Below, piece after piece: positions 10,797-20,210 of a stretch of DNA of 64,000 bases. Position 1 is the stretch's first letter; every line of letters starts with the position of its first letter. Where the stretch lies: contig JAGOPK010000004.1 in the NCBI GenBank assembly GCA_017992055.1, forward strand, positions 112,165 to 176,164, written 5' to 3'. The DNA comes from Burkholderiaceae bacterium (GTDB taxonomy: Bacteria; Pseudomonadota; Gammaproteobacteria; Burkholderiales; Burkholderiaceae_C). The notes beneath the pieces are model-generated. The model was not told the DNA's origin. It did no database searches and saw only the letters and a list, made by a program, of their open reading frames with translations. The position numbers and the translations under genes are program-made.

Positions 10797-11770
10797 TCAG
10801 CTCCAGTCGGCCAGCGCGTCCAGCGCGGCGCGGCGCTGGGCCTCGCCGCCGGCACGTGGCAGCTGCATGCCGGGCAGCTGCAGCGCATAGGCCAGGCCGG
10901 CAGCATCGGCGGCCAGCACCCAGGCGGCCAGGCGCGACAGCCGGGCCTCCGCATCGGCGCCCGAGCCACCACTGGCGGCCCAGTCCAGGCGCAGCGCCTG
11001 GGCGGCCGAGGTCTGCGTATCGCGGCTGACCAGCTCGCCGCTGCGCGCCACCTTCTTCCAGGCCACCTGGCGCAAGGCGTCGCCGCGGCGCCACGGCCGC
11101 ACGCCGTCGAACTCGCTGCCACCGGCGCGGCGCGGCGCGCTGGCCGCGGGCTCGCCGGCGGACTCGCCCAGTGGCAGCGGCGGCGCCGGCCGCTCGGGCG
11201 CCGGCCAGACACGCAGCGTGGCCGCCGGCCGCCACAGCGTCCAGGCGCGGAACAGGCCCAGCGGGAAATGCGTCTCCACCTGCAGCACCGGCACCGGCAG
11301 GCGGCCGCGGCGCGGCGGCGTCCAGCGCAGCCGGGCGACGGTGCTGCCCTGGGCCGGCACGTCGCAGAAGGCCATGCCGTGGCGGCCCGCCTCGTGCAGG
11401 GCCAGGCCCACCGCATGGCGGGCCTGGTCGGGATTGGCCAGCACCACCTCCAGCGTCGCCGGCTCGCCGGCAAACACCGGCGTCAGCGGCCGCAGGTGCA
11501 GCACCAGGCGGCGCAGGTTGGCATGGGTCTGGTGCATGGACACCAGGGCCGCACCGCCGAGCAGAAACGTCAGGCCATAGCCCAGGTTGAGCTGGTAGTT
11601 GATCGAGGCCAGCAGCATCACCAGCAAGGTGGCGGCAAAGCCCCAGCCGGCGCGCGTGGGCAGGATGTAGACGTTGCGCTGGGTCAGCGTCTGCTGTTCG
11701 CGCTCGGGCAGGCGCCTGAGCAGCCAGGCGTCCAGGCGCCGGCCCAGGGCCAGACCCGGCAGGCCGGGGT

Positions 11771-11774
<4 letters not shown>
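10797..11774 (-). CDS. DUF58 domain protein
   Basis: RNVYILPTRAG, FPLGLFRAW, EFDGVRPWRRGD; GTG start overlaps moxR stop. Confidence 0.9.
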
Positions 11775-12700
<926 letters not shown>

Positions 12701-12747
12701 GCGTGGCACCATACCGGAAACCGAAAGACTCCAAGGAGACACGCCGC

Positions 12748-13683
12748 ATGTCCACCGCGTTCTACAGCCATGCCGAGTGCCGTTTGCACGACATGGGCGC
12801 GGGCCACCCCGAATGCCCGCAGCGCCTGGACGCCATCTCCGACCAGCTGCTGGCCTCGGGCCTCGATCTGGCCCTGGCCCACCGCGAGGCGCCGCTGGCC
12901 ACGCTGGAGCAGCTGGAGCGCGCCCACACCGCGCATTACGTGACCCAGCTGAAGGACTTTCTGGAGCAGATCGCCGCCAGCGGCGAAAGCCGCCACCTCG
13001 ATCCCGACACCGTGGCCTGCCCCGGCACCTGGCGCGCCGCGCTGCGCTCGGCCGGCGCGGCCATCGCCGCCACCGAGGCGGTGGTCAAGGGCGAGGTCGA
13101 AAACGCCTTCTGCTCGGTGCGCCCGCCCGGCCACCATGCCACGCGCGACGAGACCATGGGCTTTTGCTTCTTCAACAACGTGGCCGTGGCCGCACGCCAT
13201 GCGCTGGACGTGCTGGGCCTGGAGCGCGTGGCCATCATCGACTTCGACGTGCACCACGGCAACGGCACCGAGGACATCATCGCCGGCGACGAACGGGTGC
13301 TGATGTGCAGCTTCTTCCAGCATCCGCTGTACCCGAACTGCGGCGCCGTGCCCAAGGGCACGAACATGGTCAATGTGCCGATCCCGCCCTACACCCGCGG
13401 CATGGAGGTGCGCGAGATCATCGACGTGATGTGGCTGCCGCGGCTGGAGGAGTTCCGCCCGCAGATGGTCTTCATCTCGGCCGGCTTCGACGCCCACCGC
13501 GAGGATGATCTCGGCCAGCTCGGCCTGGTGGAAGCCGACTACGAATGGATCACCCGGCGCATCAAGGACGTGGCCGACCGCCATGCCCAGGGCCGCATCG
13601 TCAGCGTGCTCGAAGGCGGCTATGTGCTCAGCGCGCTGGCGCGCAGCGTGGTGGCGCATTTGCGGGTGCTGGCGGATGTGTGA
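12748..13683 (+). CDS. Zn-dependent histone-deacetylase-family protein
   Basis: HPECPQRL, RPPGHHA, GFCFFNN, DFDVHHGNGT, SAGFDAH, LEGGY. Confidence 0.93.
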   Translation: MSTAFYSHAECRLHDMGAGHPECPQRLDAISDQLLASGLDLALAHREAPLATLEQLERAHTAHYVTQLKDFLEQIAASGESRHLDPDTVACPGTWRAALRSAGAAIAATEAVVKGEVENAFCSVRPPGHHATRDETMGFCFFNNVAVAARHALDVLGLERVAIIDFDVHHGNGTEDIIAGDERVLMCSFFQHPLYPNCGAVPKGTNMVNVPIPPYTRGMEVREIIDVMWLPRLEEFRPQMVFISAGFDAHREDDLGQLGLVEADYEWITRRIKDVADRHAQGRIVSVLEGGYVLSALARSVVAHLRVLADV

Positions 13684-13755
13684 TGTCTAGACAGGACTCG
13701 GCAAATGTCAACTGTGCAGACAGACTCGGGCGAGCACTGTGTGGCGACGCCAAGA

Positions 13756-13782
13756 AATGAGCGCTCCACATCAGCGCTCGTT
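13756..13782. repeat. Inverted repeat AATGAGCGCT-N7-AGCGCTCGTT overlapping the stop codon of the TIR-methyltransferase gene
   Basis: Read directly; 9/10 Watson-Crick pairs plus one T-G wobble. Confidence 0.75.
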
Positions 13783-15402
13783 GGGCGCCGTACTCGCCGT
13801 CCTCGGTGAGATCAAGTACAGGCCCAGGCCGAAGTTTGTGTTGGCATACCAGTTCACGACTTGCTCATCGACCACGCAGCCAGAATCTTCGACCATCGCC
13901 TCAATCCACGACGACAAGTATTTGCGCGTCAGATAGAGACGCACCGTCTCTCGGTCGTCGACGTCGACAAACTGCCCAGTCGGCACCCGCATGGACAATC
14001 GGTTGCCGGAACAGTTGGTATAGACGGTTCGCACCTCGATGAATCGATCCTTAACGACATGCGGCACGTACGACACCCAGGCGCGATTGGCTGTCAAGTT
14101 GGTGTGGTTCTCCAGGGCGCTGGTCGCGAAGTCGAAGAACGCCGGGATGTTCTGGTACTCGTGTGCCGCCGTTCTGGCGGCGGCTTCGTCGGCGGTTCGA
14201 GTGATTGCCACTTCCAACAGCAATCTGTCTTGGTCGCGAAGCAGCCCAGCCAAGGTTTTCAGCAATCGCGAATCGTCGTCGAAGTTGGCCAGCGTGTTGC
14301 CCAGCAGCGAATAGAGAACAGGCTGATCGCCCACAACCTGGGTTACAACGCCCCAGATCGCATGCGCGTTCTCGGCAGTTGAGAAGTCGATCTGCACCGG
14401 CAGTACACGCGAGCGCGGCAAGTTGCCGTTCTTCAGGCATTCGACGACGCCGACACGCAGCATGTCGCCACTCATGTCGACAGGAAAGAAATAGGCCTGG
14501 GGGTTGCCGGCGAGGATGCAACTGAGAACGACCCGGTCTTTCTCCCCGGTCCCGACGCCGAGGCTGACGTAGTTCTGTGGAGCTTTCAGCAGCTTTTTTA
14601 CCGTCGTCCAGCGTGCCTCGAAGGTCTGGATGCTCCACTTCATGACGAGGTACTTCTTGTCGGTACAGGCGCGGTCCCAAGCCAGCGTAGGCCCAATGCC
14701 CCAATAGGCGAATCCGGAAGGAAATCGTTTCCCGTTGCCATCGGGCGACGGGCCGAGGCTAAGTTCGCGTGCCAATTCGACCGCCTTGTCGGATTGGTCC
14801 TCGCCGATGAAGCACAGCGTCCAGCCCAGACTGGCGTGATCGATCGCCTTGGTAATCGACCTGTCCGCCAATATCGGCCCGGGGTCTTGTCTCTGGGTCT
14901 TGGCAACGACCTTTGCCGCGCCCTGTAGAGCACGCGCGAGCGCAATGAAGTTGCGCTTTGGCGGATAAGGCAGGTGGAGCATCTTCTGGATGCTGAGATA
15001 CAACTTTTCGAGTTGCTTCGGCTCATTCAGTACCAGTCCCTGTTGAGCCAGCAAGGGCATCTTCAGTTCATCCGGTTGCAAACCGCTGTGGCAGATCGGC
15101 ACCACCGGAATGTCCTTCAGGTACGCCGCTCCCGCCTCGAAGTTCACCCACGGCCGACTGATGGACTCACGGCTGCAGAGGACAAAAAGCATGTCTGCGC
15201 GGCGCAGTGCATCACAGATGGTCGCGAACCATTTGTCGCCGAGCGCGATGCTCTCAAGATCTGACGAGACGAAGAACTCGACCTGTCCGCCGAAATCTGC
15301 GGCGATCGCATCCTTCAAGCGCTGCGCAATGATGCCTTCCAGACTGATGTGGCTGATGAAGATGTTGAACTGCGACTTTTCGGGTTTGACTGGGCTCATC
15401 AT
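13771..15402 (-). CDS. TIR domain fused to an EgtD-like (Methyltransf_33-type) SAM-dependent methyltransferase
   Basis: N-term IFISH...GDKW...CSRESISRPWVNFEAGAA (TIR, catalytic Glu); C-term SLGVGTGEK, FPVDMS, IDF, LLGNTLANF, DRLLLEV; visibly more A+T than neighbours. Confidence 0.85.
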   Translation of the reverse strand: MMSPVKPEKSQFNIFISHISLEGIIAQRLKDAIAADFGGQVEFFVSSDLESIALGDKWFATICDALRRADMLFVLCSRESISRPWVNFEAGAAYLKDIPVVPICHSGLQPDELKMPLLAQQGLVLNEPKQLEKLYLSIQKMLHLPYPPKRNFIALARALQGAAKVVAKTQRQDPGPILADRSITKAIDHASLGWTLCFIGEDQSDKAVELARELSLGPSPDGNGKRFPSGFAYWGIGPTLAWDRACTDKKYLVMKWSIQTFEARWTTVKKLLKAPQNYVSLGVGTGEKDRVVLSCILAGNPQAYFFPVDMSGDMLRVGVVECLKNGNLPRSRVLPVQIDFSTAENAHAIWGVVTQVVGDQPVLYSLLGNTLANFDDDSRLLKTLAGLLRDQDRLLLEVAITRTADEAAARTAAHEYQNIPAFFDFATSALENHTNLTANRAWVSYVPHVVKDRFIEVRTVYTNCSGNRLSMRVPTGQFVDVDDRETVRLYLTRKYLSSWIEAMVEDSGCVVDEQVVNWYANTNFGLGLYLISPRTASTAPNER

Positions 15403-15475
15403 GTGTCCTGGAAAGACTGCCCCTTGAGCGCAGTGCGTCGGGATCACCAACCTGCTACCGCGCCTCGCCTCGGCC

Positions 15476-15498
15476 AATGACCTCTGTCAGCGGTCATT
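15476..15498. repeat. Inverted repeat AATGACCTCT-N3-AGCGGTCATT upstream of the TIR-methyltransferase gene
   Basis: Read directly; 9/10 pairs; arms resemble the 13756-13782 hairpin. Confidence 0.75.
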
Positions 15499-15504
15499 CG
15501 CCAA

Positions 15505-15533
15505 ATTCTGAGGTGTCGCGAATCGACTGTCCA
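15505..15533 (-). promoter_or_regulatory. Candidate sigma70 promoter TGGACA-N17-CAGAAT for the TIR-methyltransferase gene
   Basis: 5/6 and 4/6 match to TTGACA/TATAAT with 17-bp spacer. Confidence 0.4.
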
Positions 15534-15656
15534 ACCCCAAGACATGCCAGAGTCTGGCCGCGGCACCGTGATTCGGCAGGACGTCGACCGTGCGCGGCCC
15601 GTTGTCACAACGGATGCCATGGGTGCCGTGCGGCGTGCCCGGCGACAATCTCCGGC

Positions 15657-16979
15657 ATGACCGGTCTCGATACCTTCTCCCGCCTGTTCACCGATCTCTT
15701 GCGGCCCACGGCCCTGGCCGAGCTGGGCGTGCTGGCCGGCTGCCTGCTGCTGTCCTATCTGCTGGTGCGCGTGCTGCGGCCTGCCAGTGCCACGGCCACC
15801 AGCATCCTGTTCGGCGCACGCGGCTTTGACGGCGCGCTGTTCCCGCTGCTGGCCCTGGCCCTGGCGCTGGGCGCGCGGTTTGCGCTGCGTGGCCAGCAGG
15901 TGCCGATCGCGGTGTTCCACCTGGCCGTGCCGGTGCTGGCCAGCCTGGCCATCATCCGCACCGCGGTGCGCGTGCTGCATGCGGCCTTTCCGGCCTCCAC
16001 CGTGGTGCGCCTGGCCGAGCGCAGCTTCAGCTGGTTCGTCTGGATCGTGCTGGTGCTGTGGCTGACCGGCCTGCTGCCGCTGATCCAGGACGAGATGGAG
16101 GCGGTGCAGTGGAAGATCGGCGGCGCCACGGTGTCGCTGCGCAGCCTGGTCGAGGGCGCGCTGACCGCGGTGGCGGTGATGGTGGCCATGCTGTGGCTGT
16201 CGGCGGCCATCGAGTCGCGGCTGATGGCCGCCAGCGGCGTGCACCTGAGCGTGCGCAAGATCGCCTCCAACGCGGTGCGTGCCGGCCTGCTGCTGATCGG
16301 CCTGCTGCTGGCGCTGTCGGCCGCCGGCATCCCGCTGGGCGCGCTGGGCGTGATGGGCGGCGCACTCGGCGTGGGCATCGGCCTGGGCCTGCAGAAGCTG
16401 GCCGCCAACTATGTGAGCGGCTTCGTCATCCTGGCCGAGCGCAGCCTGCGCATCGGCGACATGGTGCGGGTCGACAACTTCGAGGGCCGCATCACCGACA
16501 TCAGCACGCGCTACACGGTGATCCGCGCGGCCAATGGCCGCGAGTCCATCGTGCCCAACGAGCTGATGATCACGCAGCGGGTGGAGAACTGCTCGTTCAC
16601 CGATCCCACGATGGCGCTGAGCACCATGGTGCAGGTGGCCTATGGCACGGCGGTCGAGGCGCTGATGCCGCAGCTGGTGGCGGCGATGGCCGGCGTGCCG
16701 CGGGTGCTGGCCGATCCGGCGCCGTCGGTGCAGCTCAGCAACTTTGCCGCCGACGGCCTGGAGCTGACCCTGGTGTTCTGGATCGCCGATCCCGAGAACG
16801 GCCAGGGCAATGTGCGCAGCGCGGTCAACCTGGCGGTGCTGCGCGCGCTGGATGCGGCCGGCATCGAGATCCCGTTCCCGCAGCGCGTGATGCACACGCT
16901 GGCCCCGCCTGCAGCACCCGCCGCACCCGCCACGATGGCCGCGGCGGCCCAGCCCGCTCAGCCCACCGCGGCCGACTGA
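15657..16979 (+). CDS. Mechanosensitive channel, MscS family
   Basis: GALGVGIGLGLQKLAANYVSG, RIGDMVRV, SIVPNELM, IEIPFPQR. Confidence 0.92.
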   Translation: MTGLDTFSRLFTDLLRPTALAELGVLAGCLLLSYLLVRVLRPASATATSILFGARGFDGALFPLLALALALGARFALRGQQVPIAVFHLAVPVLASLAIIRTAVRVLHAAFPASTVVRLAERSFSWFVWIVLVLWLTGLLPLIQDEMEAVQWKIGGATVSLRSLVEGALTAVAVMVAMLWLSAAIESRLMAASGVHLSVRKIASNAVRAGLLLIGLLLALSAAGIPLGALGVMGGALGVGIGLGLQKLAANYVSGFVILAERSLRIGDMVRVDNFEGRITDISTRYTVIRAANGRESIVPNELMITQRVENCSFTDPTMALSTMVQVAYGTAVEALMPQLVAAMAGVPRVLADPAPSVQLSNFAADGLELTLVFWIADPENGQGNVRSAVNLAVLRALDAAGIEIPFPQRVMHTLAPPAAPAAPATMAAAAQPAQPTAAD

Positions 16980-17710
16980 GCCGATTCCAGCGCCTGCAGG
17001 CAGGCCAGGGTGCGCGCCAGGCGCGGCCCGGGCTGGGCGTCCAGGGTCTGGCGCACCAGGCCCAGCAGGCCGTCGAAGGCCTCGGCCGGCATGCCCGGGC
17101 GGGCCCCGGCCAGCAGGGCCGCCAGGTCCTGCGGCGGCAGGGCGCGCGTGATCCACTGCAGCGACAGCGCCATCTCCTGCGGGTCCAGGCTGGCGATGAT
17201 GCGGCCGTCCAGGGCCAGCAGCTGGGCATCGGAGTAGTGCGCCCACAGCAGCGGGTTGTGCACGCGCTCCTCCTGCTCCATGTGCTCGAAGTTCTCGGCC
17301 ACGAACAGCGCCAGCAGGCGGTACAGCCGGCGTGCCAGCGCGCTGCGCTGGGCCGGCGCCACCTGGCGCAGCGCCTGCACCTGGTCTTCCAGCGAGGCCA
17401 GCGTGTCCAGGTGGCTGACGTGCTCGTCGGCGATGGGCCGGGCGCTGCCGGCCGCGGCGGCTTCCAGCGCCGGATGCAGGAACTCGTTTTCGTGCGCCAC
17501 ATGGCGGCGCAGCTGCAGGCACAGCAGCTCCACCTGGTCCAGCGTGGCCGCCATCGCGTCGGCATCGTCCACGTCCAGCCGGCCGACCTGGCCCAGCGTC
17601 TCGACCATGAACAGGCGCCAGGCGCGGTGGATGGCGCCGTAGATGTCGAAACGCGGGGCGCTGTCGGCGGGCGGCTGGGGCTGGCTGGCTTGGCGGGTCT
17701 GGGGGTTCAT
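16958..17710 (-). CDS. Hemerythrin-domain protein with canonical di-iron ligands
   Basis: IHRAW...HVAHENEF...EHVSH...HMEQEE pattern. Confidence 0.85.
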   Translation of the reverse strand: MNPQTRQASQPQPPADSAPRFDIYGAIHRAWRLFMVETLGQVGRLDVDDADAMAATLDQVELLCLQLRRHVAHENEFLHPALEAAAAGSARPIADEHVSHLDTLASLEDQVQALRQVAPAQRSALARRLYRLLALFVAENFEHMEQEERVHNPLLWAHYSDAQLLALDGRIIASLDPQEMALSLQWITRALPPQDLAALLAGARPGMPAEAFDGLLGLVRQTLDAQPGPRLARTLACLQALESAQSAAVG

Positions 17711-18342
17711 GGAGTCTCTCGCTTCAGGGTTGGGTGGGAAAGGCTTGTGATCTGCGGGCCGTGGGCATTGGCGCCCACGGCCTCCAGCGCCTGGGCCACG
17801 CGGCGCAGGGCCGCCGGGTCCAGGGCCTGGCGCATCCAGTGCAGCAGCGCGGCCTGCTCGTCCTCGTGCAGCCTCGCCAGCAGGCGTTGCAGCAGCAGCA
17901 GGGCAGCGCTGCCGGGATAGGCCAGGGCCAGGGCCGGCGCATCCAGCGCCTCCTGCTCGGCCATCTGGCGGCGCTGCTGGGCCACCAGCTCGCGGGCATG
18001 GCGGGTCAGGCGTTCCAGCAGCGGCCCGCGGCCGGCGGCCGGCGTGCGGGCCAGCTGGCGCAGCTCCAGCATCAGGTCGTCCAGCCGGGCGCAGCTGGCG
18101 TCGCGGGCCAGGCCGCTGCGCCAGCTGGAGCCGGGCCAGCGCGCCTCCAGCGCCGCATGCAGCACCTCGGACTCGCAGCGCATCTGGCTGCGCAGCAGGT
18201 CGGCCAGGGCCTGCCAGCGGGCCAGCAGCGGCTGCGGATCGTGCTCGGCACGCGCCGCCTGCAGGTCCGCCAGGCCCTGGGCCATGGCGCTGCGCAACGC
18301 GCGGTGCGGCAGGCGGTAGAGGTCGCCGGCGTCGTTGCGCAT
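17707..18342 (-). CDS. Hemerythrin-like paralog, most ligands lost (alternative start 18360)
   Basis: DLYRLPHRALR aligns to DIYGAIHRAWR; HxxxE motifs replaced by QMRCESE and QMAEQE; stop overlaps next ATG. Confidence 0.65.
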   Translation of the reverse strand: MRNDAGDLYRLPHRALRSAMAQGLADLQAARAEHDPQPLLARWQALADLLRSQMRCESEVLHAALEARWPGSSWRSGLARDASCARLDDLMLELRQLARTPAAGRGPLLERLTRHARELVAQQRRQMAEQEALDAPALALAYPGSAALLLLQRLLARLHEDEQAALLHWMRQALDPAALRRVAQALEAVGANAHGPQITSLSHPTLKRETP

Positions 18343-18346
18343 GGCC

Positions 18347-19258
18347 TCAGCTGCCGCCATGGCGCGCCGGCAGCGACGACAGGTACAGGTGCAGGGCCGC
18401 GGCATCGGTGTCGCTGAGCTGGCGCAGCGACTCGAAGGGCATCACCGCGATGCTGCTGCCGTCGGCGCGGCGGCCGCTGCGCAGCATGGCCTGCAGGGCC
18501 TGGGCATCGTGGTAGCGCGTGGCCAGCACACCGTCGGCGCCGGGACGCAGATCCGGCGCGGCCGGCCACGACGGCGGTGCGCCCGGGATGCGCCCGCCGG
18601 CCAGCTGGGCGCCATGGCAGCCCACGCACATGGCCGCCACATAGCGCCCATGCTCGATGCTCACCGCCTCGGGCACCGGCTGGGCCGGGGCGCGGCCATG
18701 GTCGATCAGGTCGTGGGCATCGGGGATCTGACCCAGGCCGTAGAGCACGCGCACCGGCAGCGGCAGGCGGATCTCGGCCGCCAGGCCATCGACCGCCGGC
18801 AGCGCACGCACATGGGCCACCAGGGCGCCCAGGTCGGCATCGGTCAGGCCCTGGTAGTCCTGCGAGGGCATCACGCGCACCACGCGGCCGTCGCGCTTGA
18901 CACCGTGGCGCAGCAGGCGGTCCCAGTCGGCCAGGGTGTAGCCCTGGGTGGCGCTGCCACGGCCGGCGGTGAGGTTGGGGCCGCTCAGGCGCAGGCCGCC
19001 TTCGTCGACGAAGTTGCGGCCGGCGCCCTGGGCGCCGTGGCAGTCGACGCAGCCGCGCGTGGCATACAGGTAGCGGCCACGTTCCAGGCTGGCGGCATCG
19101 GTGGGCAGGGCCAGTTTGCGGGCCTCGGCCATGGCGAGGTCCGGGCGGCGTTGCTGGCGCTGCTCGGCCAGCACCAGGCCGGTGGCCACCGTGGCCGCGG
19201 CCAGCGTCGCCAGGCCGGCCAGCGTGACCAGGCCGCGGCGTATCCAGGGGGAGGGCAT
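18347..19258 (-). CDS. Dihaem class I cytochrome c with N-terminal anchor/signal
   Basis: CVDCH and CVGCH, distal Met in VMPS and VMPF; hydrophobic N-terminus after RR. Confidence 0.9.
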   Translation of the reverse strand: MPSPWIRRGLVTLAGLATLAAATVATGLVLAEQRQQRRPDLAMAEARKLALPTDAASLERGRYLYATRGCVDCHGAQGAGRNFVDEGGLRLSGPNLTAGRGSATQGYTLADWDRLLRHGVKRDGRVVRVMPSQDYQGLTDADLGALVAHVRALPAVDGLAAEIRLPLPVRVLYGLGQIPDAHDLIDHGRAPAQPVPEAVSIEHGRYVAAMCVGCHGAQLAGGRIPGAPPSWPAAPDLRPGADGVLATRYHDAQALQAMLRSGRRADGSSIAVMPFESLRQLSDTDAAALHLYLSSLPARHGGS

Positions 19259-19296
19259 GGAGGTTCTCCGTGGGGGATGTTGGCGGGGATGCGGGC

Positions 19297-20061
19297 TCAG
19301 GCCCGCGCCTGCAGCGCGGCACTGGCCGCGGCCAGCTGCGGCCAGCGCGGGCCGACGCGGCCACGCACGGCGATCGCCAGCTGCACCCAGGCCTCGGGCG
19401 CCAGGCCGTCCTGCAGCTCGTGCAGCATCAGCGCCAGCTCGTCGGTGTTCAGCGCATCGGCCATCAGCAGGGCCAGGTCCAGGCGCTCCCAGGGCGGCAG
19501 CAGGGCCTGGGCACGGCGCGCCAGCTGGCGGCGCTGCGCGGCATCGAACAGCACGTCGCGCAGCGGCGCCAGCAACTGCTCCTCGCGCGCCATCATCTGC
19601 AGCTGCTGGGCCACCTGCTGCTCGAAGGCCCGCTGCAGGCGCTGCAGCGCCGCGGCGGCCTGGGCGGGCTGGGCCTGCATCAGCTCATGCGCCAGGCGCT
19701 GGATGCCGGCCGTGCGGGCCAGGTCGTCGAGGTGGTCCTGCAGCGCGCCATCGACCAGGCCGGGCTGGCGCGCGGCCAGGGCCGGCAGCCAGACCTCGCA
19801 GTCGGCGCGGCGGTGACCGTCCAGCACATCCAGCAGGCGTTGCAGGCGCTGCATGGCGCTGCGCACCGACGCCGCATCGGAAACATCCAGCCGGCCCAGG
19901 GTCTGCAGCTGGCGCGACAGCGCATGGCGCAGCGCCTTGTGCGCCGCGGCGCAGGGGTCCCAGGCGCTGCGGGCTGGGTGGGCTGCTGGGTTGGCGGCTG
20001 GGTGGGTGGCCGGGTGGGCGGCAGACGGGCTGGGGCGGACGGCGTCGAGCAGGGCGGTCAT
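19297..20061 (-). CDS. Hemerythrin-like paralog, partly degenerate
   Basis: AHKALR, LGRLDVSD (cf. VGRLDVDD), HRRADCE, DHLDD, MMAREE. Confidence 0.7.
   Translation of the reverse strand: MTALLDAVRPSPSAAHPATHPAANPAAHPARSAWDPCAAAHKALRHALSRQLQTLGRLDVSDAASVRSAMQRLQRLLDVLDGHRRADCEVWLPALAARQPGLVDGALQDHLDDLARTAGIQRLAHELMQAQPAQAAAALQRLQRAFEQQVAQQLQMMAREEQLLAPLRDVLFDAAQRRQLARRAQALLPPWERLDLALLMADALNTDELALMLHELQDGLAPEAWVQLAIAVRGRVGPRWPQLAAASAALQARA
19973..20020. repeat. 4 x 12-bp imperfect tandem repeat encoding (A/T)(H/N)PA units
   Basis: gctgggtgggct / gctgggttggcg / gctgggtgggtg / gccgggtgggcg. Confidence 0.8.
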
Positions 20062-20116
20062 GGCGGCGGAGCGGGGGCGGTGGAACAGAAGCTCCAGTCT
20101 GTCCAGCCCGACCCCG

Positions 20117-20200
20117 CATCACATCGCCCGCAAGAGCCATCACACCGGGCCATCACAGCGGGCCATCGCACCCGGCCAGCGGGCCAGCGGGCCATGGCCC
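20117..20200. repeat. Intergenic direct repeats: 3 x 13 bp G(A/G)GCCATC(A/G)CA(C/G)C plus partial copies
   Basis: gagccatcacacc 20134, gggccatcacagc 20147, gggccatcgcacc 20160; extra CATCAC at 20117. Confidence 0.75.
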
Positions 20201-20210
20201 GCCTGGTGAT

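Noticed and set aside
13684-13693. Perfect palindrome TGTCTAGACA resembling a HutC operator
   Set aside because: It lies between two convergent 3' ends and is upstream of no gene; it may merely mark the insertion edge
13684-13786. Classical integron attC (GCCCAAC inverse core at the gene end on the minus strand)
   Set aside because: No matching GTTRRRY core with proper L boxes (nearest is GTTGACA) and no intI; recorded only as an unclassified hairpin
20117-20200. CRISPR or mini-array interpretation of this and other short repeats
   Set aside because: Units are 11-13 bp and tandem, with no unique spacers and no cas genes
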